From Octopus sinensis (taxonomy: Eukaryota), in contig NW_021832565.1 in the NCBI RefSeq assembly GCF_006345805.1, positions 124,001 through 188,000 of the forward strand: DNA of 64,000 nt. The letters run 5' to 3'. Positions 12,833 to 25,099 of the stretch are shown piece by piece (position 1 is the first letter of the stretch; the number at the start of each line of letters is the position of its first letter). The notes beneath the pieces are model-generated. The model made no database searches. It saw only the letters and a program-made list of their open reading frames with translations, and was not told where the DNA came from. The position numbers and the translations under genes are program-made.

Positions 12833-13597
12833 GAATGTATATATGTATGAATGAATGTATGTATGTATGTATGTATGATGTATGTATGTATGTAGTATGT
12901 ATGTATGTATGTATGTATGTATGTATGTATGTATGTATGCATGTACATATGCATGTATGCATTTACATATGCTTGTATATATGTATGTACGTACATACAT
13001 ATGTGTGTACATGTGTACGTATGTATCTATGTATGTATGTATACATGTATTGAAATTAAATTATTTGTAAAAATCTTTAGAAAACAGCAGTTTAACACAG
13101 ACTAAATGAAAATTTTTCACCTGAGTACTTTCTGCTGATTTTGGCTTTTCAGACACGTGTTATAAGACAACCTGTGTAGAAATATTTCTTTTTTGTAAAG
13201 TATTCACTATTTCAAGTTTAGTTTAGATTTAGAATTCTGATAAAATACCCTTCTTTCCATTTTCAGAGTATAAATATTTTGAATTTTCCATTCATACAGA
13301 TGTCTAGATGTCTAGATGGAACATTTCCAGATAGGATGGTTTGTTGATTTGTTGTTTATACACCCTAACTCGGTCCATTCATTTGTTCCTGTTTGGTTGA
13401 TATAGATCATATTGCGTTGTGGACATGTGATGCTGTGAGTGAAACTTTTTGTTTTGTAATTCATATTTACATCAACATTAAATTCCTTCTCATTCTTGAA
13501 TTTTTTAGTTTTATCCTGTTCAAGCAATTCGCATCTCTCACAACGTTGATCTTATTTCGTTACTTGCATAATTTTCTTTATCCAAATTAAATTTGAC

Positions 13598-14005
13598 CTT
13601 TTTTTTTTTTTTTTTTTTTTTACTTGTTTCAGTCATTTGACTGTGGCCATGCTGGAGCACTGCCTTTAGTCGAGCAAATCGACCCCGGGACTTATTCTTT
13701 GTAAGCCCAGTACTTATTCTATCGGTCTCTTTTGCCGAACCGCTAGGTGACGGGGATGTAAACACACCAGCATCGGTTGTCAAGCAATGCTAGGGGGACA
13801 AACACAGACACACAAACACACACACATATATATATATACATATATATACGACGGGCTTCTTTCAGTTTCCGTCTACCAAATCCACTCACAAGGCATTGGT
13901 CGGCCCGGGGCTATAGCAGAAGACATTTGCCCAAGATGCCACGCAGTGGGATTGAACCCGGAACCATGTAGTTGGTTAGCAAGCTACTTACCACACAGCC
14001 ACTCC
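13598..14005 (-). mobile_element. SINE family B, young, with poly(A) tail
   Basis: CpG-rich copy; ~24-nt T run at 13598-13621. Confidence 0.92.
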
Positions 14006-14285
14006 TTAAGAATCTTTTGAAATTTGGCAATTGTCTTTGGATGCAAATAATTTGCATGTGTGTGTGTGTGTTACATCTAAGCATGTATGTATGTGTGCAA
14101 CTTGCAGTTTCTATGGACCAGTTCTATTCCCAATGCATTGGCGAGCCTGTGGTTAAAGAAGAAGCCAAGTGTCACAGTTTCATATTGGTGAAACAAATTC
14201 AGAACTACATAGTTGCAAAGTGTAATTCTGAACCACATGGCTATGCCAGCTAATACACACACACAGAGTCAAGGTCCACAACAAA

Positions 14286-14995
14286 ATTGATATTTATTTT
14301 AATATAAATATTTGCATTTCCCTATGTATTTTGCGTGTATATTCTTTCATGTATATTAAATTATTATTAGGGGCTTTGTATCATGCATCAGTTTATGTAA
14401 CTATAACAAAGATATATTGAGGGTTATGGTTTTTCCTTGTGAAAATAAAGGTGTTACATATGCACAAACACATATACATTCATAGATACATTTACATCTT
14501 AAATACATTTATCTGTATATCCATATGTACGTGTATGCATACATGTATATGTATATATATATATATATATAATATATATATATATGTATATATATATATG
14601 TATGTATATATATACATATATATATGTATGTATATGTGTGTCTGTGTTTATGCAATATAATATATTTATACTATATCTTTACATACATTTATACATATAT
14701 ACCATCATCATACATGTGTATGTAATATATACATATGTATATGTAAAATATATGTATCATATATCTGCATGTGTGTGTGTGTATCTATGTATATATATGT
14801 GTGTGTGTATGCACATACAGGAATGTGTGAGCATATTTGTGTATGTGAATGTGTGTGATGTACATGAATGTTTGTGTGTTCCACAGATTTATTGATGCAC
14901 GCTGCAAAACCATAATAATAATCTAATATACATGAAAGAATATACATGCAAAATACATTGGAAAATGCAAATATTAATAATAAATAAATATCAAT
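14286..14995. repeat. Inverted duplication, ~105-bp arms (14286-14390 / 14893-14995)
   Basis: ATGTATTTTGC(G/A)TGTATATTCTTTCATGTATATTA(A/G)ATTATTATTA is present on opposite strands; the spacer is a TA/TG microsatellite. Confidence 0.85.
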
Positions 14996-16076
14996 ATTGC
15001 CTTGGACAATGGGTGTACATACAGACATATAAGCCAGAGTATGCAATTTTAAAAAATATAACCCTATAACTGAAGGCTGGTACATGTGGCATTTATGTTC
15101 CCTCTTTCCAGGAGTGTCACATAAAAATGAAAGATTTATATTGAATTTGGACATACTGTTTGCATTCATTTATATATATATATATATATACATCTTAGGC
15201 ATGCATTGCCTTCATTGCTTTCATACTAGAAATGCCACAGGGATATATAATTTAATACCATAAGGCAGTGTCTTTACTAATATTATTTTATGCCCTCCCA
15301 CTTTCAAATTGCAGAAATAGAAATAAAATTGTTTTATACTCGATTGCAATGAGATAGTATTTTTCTAATATGAAATTTGCAACAATAGAATGTTTCTAGC
15401 CGGCGGTATAATGTTATTTCAATTAGTGACCTGGCCATTTACCAAAACCATTTACAATGCATAATTATTCAACTGAACAAGCAAAAAAGTAAAAAGCATT
15501 AATCCTGAAATTATGTCAAGCTGATGGAGTTCTATCTTGCAAGCTGTTCACTTGTGAAATAGCCAACTCCATTCTGTGGGAGAGAGGGGAGGAAAAAAAC
15601 TTTGTCAAACTGCCCACTGTATTATTGGCAATCTACCATACCGGTCACTCAAGTACAGTTCTAGCGTATTAAATTAAATAATTGAATGGATATTATAGCG
15701 ATCTGAAACCTTTGATTTGGGATATTAAATGTTGAATATAAACCTTTTGTTTGTTAAGCTGAAATCTCTGAAGCTCTTAAAATACTGAAATGGTCTTATG
15801 TGAAGCACATGTTTATGAATGCTTAGCTGATTACTGGTTAGACATTTTATTGAATAGTGGAGCAAAAGCTTTTGTTTCCTTGGTACAGAACTAACTGCAA
15901 TGTCAACAGAAAATGTATTAGCAGGGAACTGGAAATAATATTAAAAAAGGGAACTAAGATAGGCTGTGATAGCAACAAAATAAGTACTGGGGTTGAGTTA
16001 ACAACTAAATCTTCAATGATTGTGCTCCAGTATGGCCTCAGATAATGACTGAAAGAAGTAAAAACAATTCTCCTCT

Positions 16077-16330
16077 CCATGATGCCTTACATTTCATTCC
16101 ACAGAGCCAGCAAGAATTATATCAACCTGTTAACAGATAGTTAGTTGGCCAACTTACTTTGCCAGCCAGCTGAAACTCTTTTTAGTAAAAAAGAATTTCA
16201 TTAAGGAATAGATCAAATTATTCCCCACTTAGTAAGAAACCTCAATATTTATATGTTCTAAACCATCTAATTAGAGTAATAATGCTCCTTATTTTGTTCA
16301 TGTAGTAAAAATGGAAAAAAAAATCACTTC
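16077..16330. repeat. Direct repeat, copy 1 (partner 19504-19757)
   Basis: ~250 bp, by eye >90% identical, 3427 bp apart. Confidence 0.92.
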
Positions 16331-17847
16331 TTTATCAATATTTTGTTTTAAGTGTGGACAATGTCTGCTCAGTTAAGGGAGGAAGTATAGTTGATTGAAT
16401 CAATCAGTTAGTTACTCTTATTTCATTGAATTCCCTCCAGTAGGATGAAAATTGAAATAAACCTGAATGAAGTAGGACTGCCTAAATATACATCTCCAAT
16501 TGTTATCAGTCTCCTACTCTATTTTTTGATCCATTTCATTGTAATTTATTGTTTATTAACAATGGTAGATAAAAGACTGAATTTTGAAAGAAAACAATAT
16601 AGTTAATTAAAACGCCTACAACAGATTATTGGTACTTATTTTCATTGACACCAGAAACATAAAAGACAAAAAAGGAGTTCCAATAAAATTTGAAGTTGGA
16701 ACTGAGAATACATTTTTCTACTACTTTGAACATGTATAATCCTTATTCGATAATTAATGGTAATCTCTCAGACATAGAAAAATGGTTCTGCAACTTCTTG
16801 TTCAACAACCTGCACAGATGATTTTGTTTATAGCAATCAAATATTTGTGCTACACACATAAGCTCACTCCCTTCATCAAACTGACGATGCCTGTACAGGT
16901 GTACAGTGTGCCACACATCAGATGTTGAAGTGATTGTAGCATGATGTGAAGTGAAATGTTTTGCTCAAGAATATAGTGCAATGCCCGGTCAAGGAATCAG
17001 ACCCATGATCTTGTAATCCTGAATGCTTTCCTATATACCCTTTTAACCCATTTTAACACAGGTTAACATTGTCGAAATTTTTAAGATAGTTATATAAATA
17101 GGGATAACAAACATACGGAAGCATCCAGTTAACCTTTATTGAAGTAAATAAACCAAATACAACTGTCATCAAACGAGGACAGTGGATTAATTTTGGTTAA
17201 TATGACCCACTAAATGATAAAGGGATGGTGGTTATAGGGAACAGTAAAAAAATAATAGTGTGTTGATTTAAATGCTTTCCTGTATTTATTTGTACCTCTT
17301 TTCACTTTAAATCCAGACTTTATTGAAGATCATTTTTATCCTTTCAACCATCTGAGGTCAATAAAACAAGTAATTGTAATAAAACTAGAAGCTTTTCAGT
17401 TACCTTTAACTCTCCCATCTCCCGAAAACAAGTTATTAGATTATAGAAGAAAATTGTGATTACAGAATTTGAAAAATGAGATTTTCTCAGTGTAACAAAT
17501 TGTTCAAAACTGCAAATTATATATCAAATTCATTCCTACAGTTTTGGTTCAAATCATAATTAACTGAAGTTTAAACTGTTATTCCCTATTTTCAGATCTA
17601 TAAGTAAATATATGAGAGTGGCATAAACTCTTGTATCCAGCTCAGGTTAGTTAGATAACACCCAGTCTGTGATATACAGGAACTTTTATTCTTGTTTGAA
17701 ATCTGGTTTTAAAACATGAGAAGTAAAATGTTGAAATCAAAATACTAATTTGTTCTTAAGCTTTGAAAAGTTTTCTAATTATGTCTGTAATTAGTATTTT
17801 TGTTTTGTTTTTTGTTTGAGTATTTGTATTGAATTTATATTTTTATC

Positions 17848-18245
17848 TTTAGCTTGTTTCAGTCATTGGACTGTAACCATGGTAGGGCACCACCATGAAG
17901 GGTTCAGTCAAACACATTGATCCCAGCACTTATACTTTATGTCTGGTACTTATTCTATCAGTCTCTTTTGCTGAAATGCTAAGTTACAGGGGTGTAAACA
18001 AACCAACATCAGTTGTCAAATGGTGGTAGGAACTAACACAAACACAAAGATACACACACACACACACACACACACACATCTATATGTGTATACCATGGGT
18101 TTCCACACAGTTTTCATCTGCTAAATTCCCTCATAAGACATTGTTTGGCCAGTGATATAGAAGACACGTACCTAAGGTGCTGTGCAGGGAGACTGACATG
18201 AAAACTTCTTGCTTGCAAACACTGCTTCTTAACCACACAGCCATA
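17848..18245 (-). mobile_element. SINE family B, diverged
   Basis: Same layout as 7243-7680. Confidence 0.8.
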
Positions 18246-18402
18246 TCTTACAGTTATCAATAAATTTGTTGTTTTGTTACCAGAAAAATATATCATTGGT
18301 CTAATCCAGTTGTATATCAAAGAAAATCTATATATTTCTTTGTTGAAGGTCTAATTATTGAACTGGTATCATATAAGGTGGTGAGCTGGCTGAAGGGTCG
18401 AT

Positions 18403-18705
18403 AAAATAAGTATAAGTTGAGCACTGGGGTCAAAGTAATCAACTTAGACTTACCTGCTCCACTGAAATTGCTGGCCTTGTTCTAAAATTTGAAATCAATA
18501 TTATTGAGAGCCTGTAAGGTACACTGGGCAAAATGCTTAGCAGCATTTCATCCAGTTTTACATTCTGAGTTCAAATTCCACCAAAGTTGACTTTGCCTTT
18601 CCTTCCCTCCAGGATCGATAAAATAAGTACCAGTTGAGCACTGGTGTCGATGTAATCAATTTTAGCCCCACCTCTGAAATTATTGGTCTTATGTCAAAAT
18701 TTGGG
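18403..18705 (+). mobile_element. Two adjacent truncated SINE family D copies
   Basis: AAGGTGGTGAGCTGGC head; GAGTTCAAATTCC B-box; TTTGCCTTT...GATAAAATAAGTACCAGTTGAGCACTGG central segment. Confidence 0.8.
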
Positions 18706-19329
18706 TAAGACATGAGCAAAAACAATGCAGAGGAAAAGCAAACAAAAGCAATGACCAAGAGTACAAAGTTATCGCAATAATACTGTGAAGGAAAGAGAGA
18801 GCTGTCAACTTTCAGACAATTAGCCATTGTCAAAATAGATGGAAGAAGGGAAAGAAAACATTGGAAAGAGGAAAACATAAAAATAATGTTGCGTCAGAGA
18901 TACAGCATGGCAGACAGAGTAAAGAAGGTGTTTATCAACAGAAAAGACATTTAAGATTAAATAAATGTGACAAGTGTGAAACACGTTCATGTATGTGTGA
19001 GTTAATAGGGAGATAAGCATAGTCATAAATGAATGTGTGTATGTGTGTGTGTGTATGTTTGTGTGTGTTTATGTGTGTACTAGTAGGGAATAAATATGTG
19101 GCGGTGTGCAAAGGTGTGATGTTAAGTAAGTTGTGTAAGCAAGGTGTCATAGTGTGTGGTGTGGTTGGTGAAGTGTGTGTGAGATTGTATATATAGAATG
19201 TGCGTTGTAATATACATACATATATATATATACATATATACATACATACATATATATATATATATATTATATATATATATATTATATATATATATATGTG
19301 TGTGTATATAGGAAGTGGGTGGTGTGGCC

Positions 19330-20150
19330 TCAGCTACTCTTTAACCCTTTGATACACTTCTCCAATCGTTTCTCCTTCTTTCCTAACCAAATCCAGTTAC
19401 TTTTCTTCTTTGGCACTAAGTTCCTCTATACCATTATTCCACATGCAAATAGTTGCCAGTCCATTCAAACGTCAGTACCCCAAGTCTCCTCCACTTGTCC
19501 TATCCATGATGCCCATTTACATTTCATTCTACAAAGCCAGCAAGAATTATATCAACTGTTAACAGATAGTTAGTTGGCCAACTTACTTTGCCAGCCAGCT
19601 GAAACTCTTTTTAGTAAGAAAGAATTTCATTAAGGAATAGATCAAACTATTCCCCACTTAGTAAGAAACCTCAATATTTATGTGTTCTAAACCATCTAGT
19701 TAGAGTAATAATGCTTCTTATTTTGTTCATGTAGTAAATATGGAAAAAAATATCTTCAAATGCAAATACTTTTCCTTTTGCAGAGAATTTTACCAGCTGA
19801 TCACTGATGTGGCCATTGACACTAGAATGGGCCACAACAATGCCAACCTGTTTATTGATGACTTCAGAATTCACATCTGTTTTCCACACCTCTCTCAGCT
19901 CTTTAGAAATCTCAATTTTCCTAATTATCTTATTTCCCCACTTCCAGCTTTCACAAATCTACCAACTTATGCTTTAACATTGATTTCACTACACTACACT
20001 AAATCTACTATCACCCTACTCACAATTTTACCATTGCCACTGAAGTTGAGAATTCTGATTTTGAGGTTTAAACATGCCAAATGTTTTCCGACAGCAAGGT
20101 TATCCCAAGCACATATATATATAGACATACTTCCCTGCATTTTCCCATGC
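19330..20150 (-). mobile_element. Very decayed RTE-like endonuclease region (tentative)
   Basis: Minus-strand remnants QVGIVVAHSSVNGHISDQLVKF and DIILAGFVE*NVNGHHG resemble APE motifs GVGI..A....V...SDRI.K and ..AGDFNGHVG, in the expected order. Confidence 0.4.
19504..19757. repeat. Direct repeat, copy 2 (partner 16077-16330)
   Basis: See copy 1. Confidence 0.92.
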
Positions 20151-20490
20151 TTCTCACACTTTTTTTCTTTCTGCACATGAACTCTTCTCTGCTGAGAAGG
20201 ACTGCTTCTATTCAGTTCACATCTTTGATTTAATAAAACATGGCTTCATGTTTTTAACCACTATTTTTTTTTGCTTTTGGTCCCCTTCCTCTTTCTTCTA
20301 ACTTGACAAAGAACAAATGTCTGATACATTAGTTTCTCTAATTTTCTCACAAAACATAGTCCACTCATTCAGCACTAACCTGGATCAAAAATATAACAAC
20401 AACATTTCTTAGAAAATTACTGTTTTTAAATCTCATAACGAGAGATATTCAGCAACAGTACTTTGGAGTAAAGATTGTTTGCCAACAACA

Positions 20491-20598
20491 CATAGCAGTC
20501 CTGGTTTAGGACGAATATTGCTGTAATTTAGTCCCTGGAGACATCATCTCCAGCTAGCTAAATTACAGCAACATTCGTCCTAAATCAGGACTGCCATG
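20491..20598. repeat. 108-nt hairpin / short inverted repeat
   Basis: GCAGTCCTGGTTTAGGACGAATATTGCTGTAATTTAG...CTGGAGA-CATCA-TCTCCAG...CTAAATTACAGCAACATTCGTCCTAAATCAGGACTGC. Confidence 0.9.
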
Positions 20599-20829
20599 TT
20601 ATGTTAGTAAACAATCTTTACAACAAAATTTCTTATTTATCTGAAGATTAATGGCAGTGCCCAAATTTGTCTGAGATTATTGATATTTAAATTAAATATA
20701 ATCTTATGAATGGACTATATTTTAGCCAAGGTGTTTTTAAAAATACCATTATATTTGGGGATGGTCATTATTTTTTTATAGCCAAATAACCACATGCGCT
20801 TTTCTGCACCTCAGCTTTGTTATTATTAT

Positions 20830-21500
20830 TATTTTAGAGTCCTTTGTTTGAAATCTTTCATCACACATTCTGTGGCCTCTTCAGCAACTCTCCATCCTAC
20901 ATGTTTAGTCCATTCTGTTTTTAAATAGTTGGTGAGAAATTTCAGTTGGTCTGAAAAAGTTGATTCACACACAAATATTGCATCCAAATAATTCAGAACA
21001 TGATTCAAGGTAAGCTTTGTTAAAAAATAAATGAATGAATATTTAAACAAATTCTGATTATAAATAAAATAAAATTTCAATTTTATATTTCATAAAATTT
21101 TCTAGGAAAATAGCATTTTTTTTCTACAAAACACTATATTAATTTACATAATTACTGCAAACGAATTATTTTTGCAATCATTAACATTTTCCAAAGTCAA
21201 TTTTTTCTAAGTAAATAGAGAGTATCAGAAACATCAAATAAAAACAAAGCTTTCTATGCAAAATTTCCACAATTTAGGTGAGGAACTATTGAATATAAAT
21301 TGGAGTTAATAAACAAACATCAATTTTTACCAATATGTGTATATGTGTTAGGAAAGTTAAACAAAAATATGGTTTCAAAAATTTTTAGAATTCCCATTAA
21401 GAATCATTCCATGATTATAAAGATATGTTGAAATGATTTAGTTTTGACCAAACATCAATACTGGGACAATTTCTTCCAGATATACCCTGTTCTATTTATT
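20830..21500 (-). mobile_element. Decayed hAT (SPIN/GTF2IRD2-like) transposase C-terminal fragments (tentative)
   Basis: Minus-strand IDVWSKLNHFNISL* resembles VDI..KLN.LN..LQG; IFVCESTFSDQLKFLTNYL resembles the hATC dimerisation motif ..CESTFS.LK..KN; correct order. Confidence 0.45.
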
Positions 21501-23035
21501 TACTTTTTTGTGAAAATATGGGAAAATAGGAAATATTTGTCTTGTCACATCCATCTTTGACACACATGTCACACCAGTTAATGAGAGTTGTGAACAGACA
21601 TTAATGTCCAACCAACTCACTAACACTTTTTGAAATTTCAAAATCAATGTGAATAAATATCAAGAAGTTTTTAGTGATGTTCTGGAGAAATTCAAAAGAA
21701 TTAGCTGTTAACGTTTTCAGGTGTAAAATGTTATTTTGTACAATGTTACATACATCATACATTTTGATCCTTTACAAAAATTTTGACAGACATTCTATGT
21801 AAAAAATGTTTGTTTGATACTTGCAAATTTGTGTTTAATTATATTTAATGATGCAAATCTGTGAATTTTGCTGCTTTAATTAGTTGACAGCCTACTAATT
21901 GATAATCACTGGTATGTTCATTCTGCATAGTATAATGTTCAATCCAGTAGAAATAGCAGTCATTTGGTTGCTATTTCTATCACTTTACCATCTTTTTAAA
22001 TGAAAGAGGGGAAAATACTACAAACCTTTGACAATGTAATCTTAGATGCATGATGCCTGGAAACAAAAACAAAAAAAAAAACATTCAGGCAAGAATGCCT
22101 TTCTCTTTTGGTCTTCTTGATAAGGACTGATCTGTGGCTAAACAACATAAACTAACAGAGATTTGATATTTTAAAAACGAATTTAGGCTTGAAATTGATA
22201 AATGTTGTTATCAATCAATCAGCTACATTAATCAATTCCAAATCTAAATGAGTTGTCAAAATTTACTGCGAAAAATGAATTAATACAATTCTTGTAAATG
22301 TTTAAAATTTACAGCTTAAATATTTCATAATTTGTGCCTCTGACTGTCACATAAGACACGTGATTGTAGACCAGAAATGAACACAGGCTCTGCTTCTTTG
22401 TTCTCAAATGGTCATTATTACCAAAAATACTCAGTCCCTGTTCAGTGTTAAAACTGTATTAGCTAAAGGGTTCTCTCCCAAATGATCACAATAATCAGCT
22501 TCTATTTCAAGTAGTTGCTCTTAATGATACACAATATCCCTAAGGTAGTTACAGTTGTTTGTGTGAAGGAGTAACCAATACTGATATATCTTACAAATTG
22601 CTCCTTATGTTTTAAAATTAAACTGTTAACTCTATAAGACACTTGTAGTACGTTGTGTGTTGTGTGTGTGTGTGAGAGAGAGAAAGACAATTACTATAAT
22701 TAGTTTAACAACTATACCCCTGACATTCTAATATTATTTCTAATTTTGGCACAAGGTCAGCAATTTTAGAGGAGAAGATAAGCTGATACCATCAAACCCA
22801 GAACTTGTTGGGTACTTTGTTACTGAGCCTGAAATAATGAGATGTGAAGTTGAATTTGAGATCAGAATGTAAGGAGCCAGAAGAAATGCTTATGTTGTCC
22901 AATGCACTAAGAATTCTGCTAACTCACCACATTTCTAACACTCTAATATATCTGAGACGACTACATTAATTAATTTCAAACCTAAATTATTTTTTAAAAT
23001 ATCAAATCTGTGTCTGATAATGGTGTTTAGCCACA

Positions 23036-23550
23036 AAAAAGTAAAGTAAAAGTTTCCTTCTCAAGTTATACTGACTCATAAGGGCCAGTTTCCTAGTTTC
23101 ATGGCATATATATTCCCCACTTCGATAGGATGCTAGTCCATCGCAGGGTTATTCATTTTTGCTAGCTGAGTGGACTGGAGTAATGTGAAATGAAGTGCTT
23201 TGTTCAAGAACACAACGAGTTGCTTGGTTCAGGAATTGAAACTGCCATCTTATGATCATGACTCCAACACCCTAACCACTAAATCATGTGCCTCCACAAG
23301 TAAACTTATCTTCTCAAGTCACGCCAACTCAGAAGGGCCAATTTCCTGGTTTCCTGATGTATATATTCCCTACCTTGATGGGACACCGGTTTGTTGCAAG
23401 ATTACTCATTTTTGTCAGCTGAGTGGAATGGAGAAAAAAGAATTAAAGTGTTTTACTCAAGAACATAACACATCACCCAGTCCAGGAATCAAAACCACAA
23501 TCTTACAATCATGAATCCAACACCTTAATCACTGAGCCACAAGCCTCCAC
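23036..23550 (-). mobile_element. Head-to-tail dimer of SINE family A within one 12-bp TSD
   Basis: Two monomers (23036-23300, 23301-23550); TGTTTAGCCACA at 23024-23035 and 23551-23562. Confidence 0.85.
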
Positions 23551-23751
23551 TGTTTAGCCACAGGTCACTCCTGATCAAGAAGACCAAAACAGAAAGGCAT
23601 TTTTGTCGTTTTATTTCTTTTTGTCAGGCATTATGCATCTAAGGTTATAATATCAAAGGTCTAAGGTATTTTTACTTCTTTTAAGATGGTAAAGTGAAAG
23701 AAAAGCATGCAAATGGTTGCTATTTCTTATAAATTGACCATTATACTTGTT

Positions 23752-24094
23752 AAGGGTAAAGACACCCTTCGGTCATGAATGACAATGGGATTGCACCGAG
23801 GAAGTTCCTCTCCTAGGCACAAGTCTGGGCAAGGTTGTTTTATGGGAGACCAGCAGTCACCCATGCATACCAGCCTCCCCTCTCCATGCTACTGATGTTA
23901 TCCAAGGGTAAGGCAAAGGCTGATACAGCCTGGCACCAGTGATGTTGCAACTCATTTCTACAACTGAATGAGCTGGAGCAAGTGAAATAAAGTGCCTTGT
24001 TCAAGAATATAACACGCATCCCAGTCCAGGGGTCAAACTCACTACCTCACAATTATGAATCTGATGCTCTAAGCACTGAGCCATGCACCTTCAC
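23752..24094 (-). mobile_element. SINE family A (long-tail subfamily)
   Basis: Matches 66-390. Confidence 0.85.
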
Positions 24095-24871
24095 ATTATA
24101 CTAGTTGGTATGCTACATAAAATACCAGTGATTACCAACTAGAATGCTCTTTGTGGCAGCCAACTGACTAAAGTGGCAAAATTCACAGATTTACATCCTT
24201 AACCTATAATCAATTTGCAATTTTCGAAAAATATTAAAAAACAAAAAACTTGTTAAGGTTCTTAAAAGTAAATTAATAGAAATATTATTGATTTAGAATT
24301 ATAGTGCATGAAAGCTATTGTTAAAATGAAATAATGGTCCAGAACATAGACAGAATCTGTTTAAAGCTACATCATGGACAAAACAATGATATTATGTATA
24401 ACTTACCCTCAGCAATATAAGTGTTAATCCATTGACAAAGTAAATATATTTGTGACAGCCAGTTTTATCGATCAAGATACTAGGCAGTTAGTGTTGCTGC
24501 TGATACAGCACATCTGAATCTGACAGAATTATTGGGCTTTGACACAGTGGGGAAATTGGTGACAGCTAGTTTTATTGACATAAAGATTAAGGGGTTGATG
24601 CAGTCACACATTTCTGCTTGCAGCATTATTAACACAGGGGTTGAGGTTTTGACACAGTGCAGCCGTTGTAGAAATCACCCTTATTGACCTAGGATTACAG
24701 TTATTGACATTGTTATATGTTTTAGCCCTATGGTGTAGTCTTGAGCTAAACTGTCAGGTAAGCCACATCTAAAAACCTGGCTTCATTCACAGTTGGACAC
24801 CTTTCTCATAGTGTGTTAATGCTTCTATGAAATGTATTCTCAAAGGCAGTTTTTTTCTTTTTTAATTTACT

Positions 24872-25099
24872 TTAACCTCTTAGCATTGAGATTATTCTGT
24901 CAAATATAAATCTTGTTTATTCGCATTGTTTTGAATTAATCCTGCATTGTCTTGTAACTTTGCAATTTTGATGATGTGATTGTTTATTTCTAGAACAACT
25001 TTGTAGAGTAGGTGTAATAGGCCAGATCTGAGTGTTTTGAACATGAAATGATTAGAGTATTTAGACCTGATAAGGCTAGTTTAAATGTTAAAGAGTTAA
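24872..25099. mobile_element. Complete TTAA-flanked (piggyBac-type) MITE, ~228 bp
   Basis: TTAA|CCTCTTAGCATT ... AATGTTAAAGAG|TTAA; further copies at 391, 56346 and ~59040. Confidence 0.8.

Noticed and set aside
13300-13527. Cys/Trp-containing ORF ITCPQRNMIYINQTGTNEWTELGCINNK with an upstream CAG
   Set aside because: No recognisable family, no convincing donor, and conflicting exon-like signals on the opposite strand.
19740-20180. 146-aa plus-strand ORF with a strong acceptor near 19790
   Set aside because: No donor; the opposite strand shows RTE endonuclease-like remnants, so it is probably antisense to a LINE fossil.
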